A stretch of 64,000 nt of DNA from Octopus vulgaris (lineage: Eukaryota), in the NCBI GenBank assembly GCA_951406725.2, contig OX597814.1, positions 103,912,001 to 103,976,000 on the forward strand, given 5' to 3'. How positions within the stretch are numbered: the stretch's first letter is position 1; each line of letters opens with the position of its first letter. The notes under the pieces were generated by a model. It saw only the letters and a list, made by a program, of their open reading frames with translations. It was not told the DNA's origin and did no database searches. This document shows, in pieces, positions 54,845-64,000 of this stretch. A program made the position numbers and the translations under genes.

Positions 54845-55660
54845 TGCATCATCGTCATCATTATCATCGTTTAACGTCCGCTTTCCATGCTAGCATGAGT
54901 TGGCCGATTTTGACTGAGGGCTGGCGAACCAGATGGCTGCACCAGGCTCCAGTCTTGATCTGGCAGAGTTTCTACAGCTGGATGCTCTTCCTAACGCCAA
55001 CCACTCCAAGAGTGTAGTGGGTGCATTTTACATGCCACTGGCACGGGGGCCAGTCAGGCAGTACTGGCAACGACCTCGCTCGAATCTTTTTACACATGCC
55101 ACTAGCACAGGTACCAGTGAGGTGATGCTGGTAACGATCACGCTCGAATGGTGCCTTTTATGTGCCACTGGCACAGAAGCCGGTTAGCCGCTCCGTCAAT
55201 GATCACACTCGTATGGTGCTCTTTGCACCCCGCTAGCACAGATGCCAGTCATCGAATTTGATTTTGATTTCACTTGCCTCAATAGGTCTTTGCAAGCAGA
55301 GTTTTAGTGTCCCAAGAAGGAAAAGGTACGCATATGTAGGCTGGTTATGCTCCTGGCATAGGCCACGAGGTTATGGTCTCATTTGGCTTGCTGAGTCTTC
55401 TCAAGCACAGCATATTTCCAAAAGTCTCAGTCACTAGTTATTTCCTTGGTAAGGCCTAAAGTTCGAAAGACTTCCTGGGTCTACCTCTTCTACAGGTTCC
55501 CTCAACCGCTAGGGTGTGGCAATTTTTTCACACAGCTATCCTCATCCATTCTTGTCACATGTCCATACCAGTGCAGTTGTCTCACTTGAACACCACATCT
55601 GATGCTTCTTTGGTTCAACTTTTCTCTCAAGGTACATGGAAGGCGGACATTAAATGATAA
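54845..55660 (-). mobile_element. RTE LINE 3' end inserted into the hammerhead palindrome
   Basis: Reverse-complement homology to 17990-18782. Confidence 0.8.
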
Positions 55661-55935
55661 TGTTTGTTTTGCCATATCTGTGGCGGAAAATAATGCATAC
55701 CTTGTTGAGTCTACTATAATTTAGAGAGTATCAGAGGAAATAGTGGTGGGGAGGGAGTCTACTATTTCCTCTGCTACTCTCTAAATTATAGCAAACTTAA
55801 CAAGATATGCATTATTTTCTTAACTCATTCTACCACAGATATGGCAAAAGAAACAATGTAAATATTTTGAGTTCCATTATTGATGTGAATGTGTTAAGGA
55901 AATGGTTGTATCCTCTATGTTTGAAGTCTATGTGG

Positions 55936-56018
55936 TCATCTGAAGAGAATGGTTTCTTTCAAATGATGAAATGTTTCCATTAATCAATTAAAAGAGTCGC
56001 TTGAAACAGCCGTAGTGA
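55936..56018 (+). ncRNA. Type-I hammerhead motif (opposite arm of the 54.7-56.0 kb palindrome)
   Basis: TCAT-CTGAAGA-(long imperfect stem II)-GAAA-CAGCCG-TA-GTGA. Confidence 0.62.
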
Positions 56019-56071
56019 ATTGACACCTGTACATCTTTGTTACTCTCATATATATATATATATATATATAT

Positions 56072-57120
56072 TCCAGGTATGGAAGCAAAACATGGAATCA
56101 AAGGGCCTTAAGATTAACTTAGCAAAGACTAAGCTTTTAGTAAGCAAAAAAACTGATAGGGCCCTTCACCCACCCAATAAATGGCTCTGCTTGATTTGTA
56201 GAAAAAGTATAGGTAGGAATTCCATATAGACACACAAGAGGAGCAGCGGAATAATAGGAAGGTTATCAGAGAATGTAGTGTTTGTAAGTGGATGGTGCAC
56301 AGGGGCCATAAAAACTACAGGAAATCTATTTTCTCAAATGCCCCTGAGGCTCTTTAGAGGTAGTGGGTAATTTGTGGTAACTAGGGGACCTAAATTAGCT
56401 GGTGGGGGAGAGGATGTATGGAAAGTGTAATTGCTAGAATAAAAATAAGATTGAGAAAATTTAGAGAGGTTTTAGCTCTGTTGGCAACCAAAGGTTTCTC
56501 TCTCCAAGTGAAAGGAAGATTGTATAATGCATGCATACAAACAAAAATGCTACATGGTAGTGAGACATGCAAAAGCTACAGAGGAATGGAGCTAGTATGC
56601 ACTGTTAGATGTTCAATGTCCAGTATACATGTGTGAATGAGCAGCAGTGTTTTGAGGGAAACGCTAGGCCTAAGAGGAATTAGATGTAGTTTGCAAGAAA
56701 GGAGACTGCATTGGTTTGATCATGTGATGTGTATGGATGTCGACAGTTGCATGCAGAAGTGCTGAACACTTGAAGTGGATGGAACTTGTAGAAGAGGGAG
56801 ACCCAGGAAGACCTGGGAGGAAGTATTGAAGGCCAGTCTCAAAACACTGAGTCATATGAAAACGACAAAGGACTGAGATATCTGGCACATTGGCTGTACT
56901 CAAGAAGACCATTCCATCACAGCAGAATTGATTCCATCAAAAGCAGCCAGTGCACTCTGTAGAGTGGTTGGTGTCAGGAAGGGCATCAAGCTGTGGAAAC
57001 CATACCAAAACAGGCAATGGAGCCTGGTGCAGCTCTTGGCTTTACTAGCTTTGGTCAAACTGTCCAACCCATACCAACCTGAAAAACAGACATTAAGTGA
57101 TGATGGTGATGATGATGATG
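56072..57120 (+). mobile_element. Degenerate RTE LINE (RT C-terminal region + 3' UTR)
   Basis: MESKGLKINLAKTK, KGRLYNACIQTKMLHGSET, RLHWF and GRPRKTW motifs, with stops and frameshifts. Confidence 0.8.
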
Positions 57121-57322
57121 TATAAAATGTTTGTGTGTGTGGGTCTAATGGTTTGGTCATGTTCGGATAGTCACAACTCCGCCATTGGCATACAACATGA
57201 ATTTAAACTTTGATGACCTTATTTTTATATTCACTGTGAGTTTCAATATTAAAACACATTGTTGTTGTTGTTGTTGTTGTTTTAGTATTTCTAAAATAAT
57301 TGTTTGTTATATTTTACGGCAG

Positions 57323-57531
57323 GTTCGTGAAGTAACACGGAGTTATTCTTCAAACAATGAAGACGAACTTGAGTTAGTTGAAGGGGACCATGTGTTGGCT
57401 GATCCAATAGAATTAAGCAACAGCAAGAATGGCTGGTGTAAAGGAATATCAACTTTGACAGGTTCTGTTGGAATGTTCCGGATAGGCTGTACAATGCGAA
57501 CATCAGAAACATCAACATGGACCCTTCATAA
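57323..57531 (+). CDS. UBASH3B: UBASH3/STS homolog exon (divergent SH3 domain)
   Basis: ggcAG acceptor, AA|GTGAGT donor; SY...NEDELELVEGD...GWCKGISTLTGSVGMF...STWTLHK; phase 0-2. Confidence 0.93.
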
Positions 57532-60383
57532 GTGAGTCCCTTTATTATTCACGATATTTCCCCACCCCCCACCCCAGTTTCCCTCCTTCACTGTATGAAT
57601 ATAAATGAGTTCTTGCAAATTTCATTCAAAAGATCAATTAAAACCCAGGAATTTCAGGGAAATTCCTTCTGGTTGGCATTGTCAGGAATTATTGTGTGAA
57701 GTTGGCAAAAACTGAATTTATGTTGCAGTGAGACCAGAATACAGATATTTCCTGAAATGCCATTCTCAGAGACAAAAGTTTTGCAATATTTAAGACAGAA
57801 GGGAATTAGCTTGGATTAAGGGAGTCTTGGTTGTATTCTTTTTGCTTTTGTTTTTCCTTTTACTTGTTTCAGTCATCAGATTGTGGCCATGCTGGGGCAC
57901 CACCTTGGAGAATTCTAGTCAAATGTATTAACCCCAGGACTTATTTTTTTAAGCCTGAGACTTATTCTATTGGTCTTTTATGCCAAACCACTAAGAACAG
58001 GGACATAAACGCACCAGCACTGTCAAATGATGGTGGGAAACAGACACACACACATGCACACACACAAAGGGCTGCTTTCAGTTTCTGTCTACCAAATCCA
58101 CTCACTTGGCTTTGCCTGCACCTATACGGAAGAACTGCATTAAAAGTTTTTAATTCACAATAAACAACTTTGATAATCCGAAGAACATCTTCAAAGAGAT
58201 ACATTTTATATAGTTTGGTCAATGATGATGATGTGAGATAACTTAGAGGCAAGATGGTTCAGTGGTAAGCTATTAGACTGTCTACTCAATGATTGCAAGT
58301 CCAAATTTCCTGCATGCATTAAGTTTTTCTTATTTTAAACCCCACACCTTAGTCAACCCTGGTTTAACCAGAACTATGGTCAAAGGGGATCCAACCATAG
58401 CCAGTTTTTATATCTCGGCATTGTCCAATGTGTCTTTCTCTTTTCCTTTAAGATGTTACAATCTAATTTGAAGTAGATTCGGTTACTATTTTTAGCAGGT
58501 TAAACAATACACTGAGGCTCCTTTCATGGTTCAACAATGGTTCATTGTACCTTTGGCAGCATACCTTTTCCTACATCATCTGAGTCTTTCTGGCTTTTGA
58601 CAGATTCAGCTACCACCTGATCACATGACCCCATTGCCTCAATGGTAACTCTGAGAATATTAACCTGTAGTAGACTGGCATCCTATCCCATGTGTTATTT
58701 ATCCAATATCCACTTTTTGCTGAGTCACCTGAGATGTTTGAAGACTTTTCTTTTAAAATCAAGGTTTGGGTTATCAACTTGATCAGTGAATAATTTAGTA
58801 TACAAGTTGATGTTTACAAGAACTTATCAGCTTCATCCTCATCAGTTAACATGTGTTTTCCATGCTGGACGGTTTGACAGAAGCTGGCAAGGCAGAAGGC
58901 TGCACCAAGTTCTACTGTCTGTTTTGGCATGGTTTCTATGGCTGGGTCCCCTTCCTAATGCCAACCACTTTACATAGTGTACTGGGTGCTTTTTATGTGG
59001 GACCAGCACAGGTCTTTTTTATTACAGGGTCACTAAGTACTTGTAAGACAAAAAACCCTCAACTGAGAGTGGGGAGTAGTATTGAAGGTTTGTGATTTTG
59101 TGCCAGGTATAGAGGAGTCAGGCATAAGTGTCTTGCTGTAGAGTAAATACATGGATATCCCAGTTGGAAAGGGATTTAGGGACAGAAGTTCAACCTTCGA
59201 TGATGTTAGTGATGAAATGATGTCTGTAATCTCAAGAAAAATTGGTCAGAATCTGTTGAGTGATACAGAGAAAAATTTAGGGAATATAAATATGATTTAG
59301 AATTGGCCAAAAAGTTGTAATTAATTCTTTCTGCTATAGGCACAAGGCCTGAAATTTGGTGGAAGGGGTCTAGTCTATTACATTAACCCCAGTGCACAAC
59401 TGGTACTTATTTCATTGACCCCTGTAAAGATGAAAGGCAAGGTTGACCTTGTTGGAATTTGAACTCAAAATATAAAAATGGATGAACTGCTGCTGAGCAT
59501 TTTCCACCATTGGGCTGATGATGTGATTCTGCCAGCTCCTCACCTTCCGAGTTGTAACTAAAAAGGAAACAAAATGTTAAATTTCGGTGCTACATGGGAA
59601 ATTGTCTTGGTTAGTGTGCAGAAAGGGAGTCGATAAGAATTGGATGTAAGTTTATAGTGGCACAAAAGACGAAGTGGGATAGACAAGCAGGGGGCAAGTC
59701 CTTCAGGTATGATTGGTACGCAAGAGAAGTTAGAAGGTAGAAGCAGCTCTGAAATGAAGTCCATGGAAAGCACACTTAACTCACAAAAGTTACTAATTAT
59801 TATGGGGATAGTTATTATCTCTGTTGGAAATAAAGGGGCAATGGAGTAGCACTTCGTGGCTAATCACTCTGTGTTAGAAAAACAGAACGATACATTGGAT
59901 AATGTAGCTGAAGTAATACAAAAAGATGAGATGGCCACATCTGGAACATGTCTAATAGACCTGGTTAACAGACCACATAGTAATGTACAACAGAGTTGGA
60001 TTGACCTGGTGGAATGGCCAGCTTTCTTCGTTTCCATTGATTTGTGAATACGTGCACAGCAAACATAGTTTATTATACACTGAAATTATTATTACATGAA
60101 CAAGGCTGCGAAACAGCTGTAATCCTAAGGATGCCAAGTGGTTAAACAAATGTATTCACTTCTCATACCTTCTGACACACACACAGTGAAAGAAGGAGAC
60201 ATATTTATATTCTAAACACATCCACGTGTGTGTAATACTGATAGCAAAAGGAAATTGTTTTCTCGCCTGTAACTGTAGACAATTGTTACATCCTGCCTGA
60301 GCCGCACTTGTGCTGTTGTTCCCACCACCAATAACTGAATGATTGATGTTATCTCTGTCTGTGTGTCTCTCTGTCTTCAACAG

Positions 60384-60483
60384 GTCACTAATGGTGGTCC
60401 CTGCCACTAATATGTACAATGGTTTATCTGAAGGAGACTATGACAATCTCTGGGTTGGGGAACAAGACGACATTTACAACAAA
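60384..60483 (+). CDS. UBASH3B: UBASH3/STS homolog exon (SH3-phosphatase linker, Tyr-rich)
   Basis: tcttcaacAG acceptor, AAA|GTAAGT donor; 100 nt, phase 2-0, exactly bridging the flanking exons; SLMVVPATNMYNGLSEGDYDNLWVGEQDDIYNK. Confidence 0.85.
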
Positions 60484-61744
60484 GTAAGTGACAACCTCCT
60501 CATTTATTTATCCTTTACTTGTTTTTGTCTTAGACTCTGGCCATGCTGGGGCACCGCCCTGAATTTTTAGTTGAATGAATTGACCCCAGTACTTATGTCT
60601 TTTTAAGCTTAATACTTTTATTTCAATGATTTTTCCATAAAGGCATTACACAGAGGGGGACACTACAACACATGTGGGGACATATAACAAAAATATAAAA
60701 ATAAAATATGATATAATGAATGTCACATGAAAATGAACATGAAGAACAAATTAAAATATGATAACATGAATGATATCTGAAAATGCTATTATGAAGAGTG
60801 TGCTACTCACCCCCACACTGAGTAACACCACTCGCCGCCTCTGGGTCCTAAATCCTTTTCCCCCTTTCTCCATCACTTAGTGACATCATTCTCTCTGCCA
60901 ATAATAAGCCTAATACTTATTCTATTGATCTCTTTTGCTGAGCTGCTAAGTTATGGGGACATAAACACACCAACACCGGTTATCAAGCGGCAGTGGTGAG
61001 GGACAAAACCACACGCACGTGCACACACACATACACACACACATATACACACACATGCACGCACGCACACACACATGCATTTACACAAACATACACATAC
61101 ACACATGCACATACACACACACACAAACACACACACGATGGGCTTGTCTCAGTCTCTGTCCAGCAAACCCGTTCATAAGGCTTTGGATGGTACAGGCTAA
61201 AGTAGAAGACCCAAGGCACCATGTAGTGAGACTGAACTCAGAACATTGTGGTTGGGAAGCAAGCTTCTTACCACTCAGCCATGCTTGGGCCTATGTATTT
61301 CTTTATTTATTTTACAGTTTTCCCATTTTAGTAAGAACTCAGTAGTTTTCTGTTGTTGTTGTAGTCATTGTGTTTGTTTCACAGCAATTCGTCCTTAGCA
61401 CTGAGTATTACTTGACTGTGGAGTAGAAATGGAACCTGTTAGCAGCCAGTCAGACTGAGACTAACAAAGATATTTTAGGGTGGCAAGCTGGCAGAATTGT
61501 TAGCATTCCAGGCGAAATGCTTAGCAGTATTTCATCTGCCATTATGTTCTGAGTTCAAATTCCGCTGAGGTCGTCTTTGCCTTTCATCCTTTCGGGGTCA
61601 ATTAAATGTTATGCAGTTATGCACAGGGGTCAATGTATTTAATCCTTTGTCTGTCCTTGTTTGTCCCCTCTATGTTTAGCCCCCTGTGGGCAATAAAGAA
61701 ATAAATAACAGATATTTTTGTACATGAGATACTCAACAGTGAGA

Positions 61745-61785
61745 GGTCACATGACTAACACTGAGTGGTCACATGACTTGCCAAT
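61745..61785 (+). promoter_or_regulatory. Tandem GGTCACATGAC (M-box/CLEAR-type E-box) x2 followed by CCAAT
   Basis: Exact motif at 61745-61755 and 61767-61777 (a 22-bp duplication); CCAAT at 61781. Confidence 0.3.
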
Positions 61786-62061
61786 TGTTCCACTCAACAC
61801 TCCTCTTCTCTTTATCATACTGTGTGTGTGTCTCACACACCGAAAAAAAAATCAATGGCTCCAATTTTGATGCCAACATTGTGGCATCTCTGAGATAGAA
61901 GTTAAATTCTTGTGTGGCTATGTCCACCTTCCACACAACTGGCACCACTTGCTTTGTTAACTTACAGTATTGAGTTCAGCTTTTTATTAAGGTACGACTA
62001 AAAGTGGATCGTGATTATACTGATATCTGATTTAGGGGTCAGTAATGTTGATAACCCATTG

Positions 62062-62157
62062 ATGGATCCCTTTGACTATGAACTTAATTGTCTGACAACA
62101 GACAAATTAATTAGGAAGGTTGCTGATGGTGATTTAGATTGGTTAACAAACGACAAG
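62062..62157 (+). CDS. Candidate alternative first coding exon (MDPFDYELNCLTTDKLIRKVADGDLDWLTNDK) for a phosphatase-only isoform
   Basis: Non-repetitive, protein-like 32-codon stretch from ATG to an AAG|GTTAGG donor, phase 0, compatible with exon 62660; no good in-phase acceptor upstream. Confidence 0.35.
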
Positions 62158-62659
62158 GTTAGGAAGAAAGGTTTAAATTTTAATACCAACTCTCTCTCTC
62201 TCTCTCTCTCCTCCTCCTCCTCTCTCCCCCTCCCTCCCTCCTTCCCTCCCTCAAACTATATTTGCCCTCTTCTGCCTCCATGCTTATTATTAACCACCAA
62301 CTACCTCTTCTTCTATATTGTGTATATACAAACAACCAGATACACCAAAACACAGTGATGATATCAAACTCTGAGTATATGAATTTTACTCTCTCTCTCT
62401 CTCTCTCTCTCTCTGTTGAATGTATTACTATTATTATTTTTTTCCCAGTTGCTTCATAGAGAATTGCTTCCTTAATTAACAAACTTACACCCATCATGAC
62501 TACCCTAACCCTAATAAGGGTCACCAGGCACTATATTGATCTAAATTGATGCTTCATTTGCAACCATTTTTGTATCTAGACAAACATCCAACAATAATAA
62601 TGGATTATCTACTTAGGATTTGATCCCTCTAAAAGCTTTCTGAATGTTTCTTTCTTCAG

Positions 62660-62795
62660 CTGTTAAAAAATAAAAAGAGTGAAGAGAACCAAAACATCCC
62701 TCGGGAACCTCGATGTTTGTTTGTGATGCGACATGGCGAGAGATGTGATTTTGCCTTGGGAAGAGATTGGGTTGACTCTTGCTTTAATTCCGCAG
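62660..62795 (+). CDS. UBASH3B: UBASH3/STS homolog exon (start of histidine-phosphatase/PGM-like domain, RHGE motif)
   Basis: tttcttcAG acceptor, CAG|GTGAGT donor; LLKNKK...RCLFVMRHGERCDFALGRDWVDSCFNSA; phase 0-1. The gene continues beyond the window. Confidence 0.95.
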
Positions 62796-64000
62796 GTGAG
62801 TTTCACTTACTTTTATAAGTATTTACACTCACACATACATACATACATACATACATACATGCATGCATGCATGCATGCATGCATACATACATGCATGCAT
62901 GCATGCATACATGCATGCATCCACACGCACAACCCAGAAGAGACAGATTTCTGTTAGAAACTTCAAGTTTCATGCAGCCAAATTGAATTGTTTTAAGAAA
63001 TTCTTACCAAATGTGTTCAGTTCCTTTTTCTTTCTTTTGTTCACACACACACACACACACACATCATCACCATCATCATCATTGAATATCTGCTTTCCAT
63101 GCTGGCATGGGTTGGATGGTTTGACAGGAGGTAGCAAGCCAGAGAGCTGCACCAAGCTCCAGCTGTCTGTTCTGGCGTGATTTCTACACCTGGTATACTT
63201 TAGAGTATACCAGGTGCTTTTTATGTGGCACCGGCACCACTGCTTTGTTATTTATACCAGTCTTAAGTGAATGGGAGAATTGTGAAAGATAGAAATAACA
63301 GGAAATTGTTAAAATGTCTTAGAGAAAAGATTGGTTTATTTGGTGCAGTTCCTGGAAAGAATTGAAAAAATGGGACAGCAAAGAGCAGTTCTCTGTTGAT
63401 AGAAGAGAAGCTTGATGCTAAGGGCAGATAGTGCAGAAGATGCAGAAAAGGATTTGCCTGTGTTTGGTATTGGCAGAGCATTGGTGTAGTATTCCAGATT
63501 GCAAGGCTGTGTTTTAAGGTAGAGAAAAATATATTTGAAAAAACAGTTACATACTTTCCCTAACTGATGCTGAGAAGAAAGATGATTAGAGATGTTATTA
63601 GGAGAGATTATTGAATGTGGAGAATGTGTGAATGGAAGAAGACCTGCATGAAGTCCCACCTAACTGTGGAACCAGCTATTGAGGTAGACGGTCATACAGA
63701 CAAAATGGCCATCAAGACGATGAAGTCAAAGAAAGAAGCTAATCCATTGAAAATACCTGACAAAACAGGACTTACGTTAATCACATACATAAGTCAGCTG
63801 ATATAAAGAGGTGTTGTGGCCAATGACCATAAAAGCAGTGTAAATGATCAACTGCTACGAGGACAAAGGAAAAAATTTCGAAAATAGCAAATTCAAAGGT
63901 ATCAAACTGTTCTTTGAGTATCAGTGTTGTAGCATAATTGATTTGTAAGGAAGTCGACTTTGATGGTTTGCAATTTGTATTTATTCTGGCTCAGAGAACC

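Larger units (their letters stand above)
54671..56042. mobile_element. Palindromic hammerhead element whose left arm is split by an RTE 3'-end insertion
   Basis: 54671-54839 plus 55661-55744 together are the reverse complement of 55761-56042. Confidence 0.7.

Noticed and set aside
63270-64000. Further UBASH3 exon or new gene
   Set aside because: No splice-bounded frame matching the phosphatase domain; looks like a decayed retroelement that I cannot classify.

Overview
AT-rich, microsatellite- and repeat-saturated animal genomic DNA. The SINE and RTE families suggest an octopus (inference). The only real protein-coding content is seven GT-AG exons (26214-62795, + strand, phases mutually consistent) of a UBASH3/STS (TULA; ecdysteroid-phosphate-phosphatase-like) gene: UBA end, 2H-phosphoesterase with both HxT motifs, SH3, linker and the start of the RHGE histidine phosphatase. 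The first coding exon(s) and the C-terminus lie outside the window. The rest is SINEs, truncated RTE and other LINEs, MITEs and simple repeats; almost all six-frame ORFs are artefacts. Main discoveries: (1) about a dozen minimal type-I hammerhead ribozyme motifs from several unrelated families, carried by short palindromic/fold-back, Penelope-like non-autonomous elements usually sitting in (TA)n tracts; (2) one such family has a tRNA-derived Pol III head, i.e. a SINE/retrozyme hybrid, present in 2 copies; (3) an ITAM-like YxxL-x8-YxxL in the linker of this STS phosphatase, next to an SH3 that has lost its ligand-binding residues; (4) a candidate internal promoter and first exon for a phosphatase-only isoform. 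All coordinates and foldings were done by eye.
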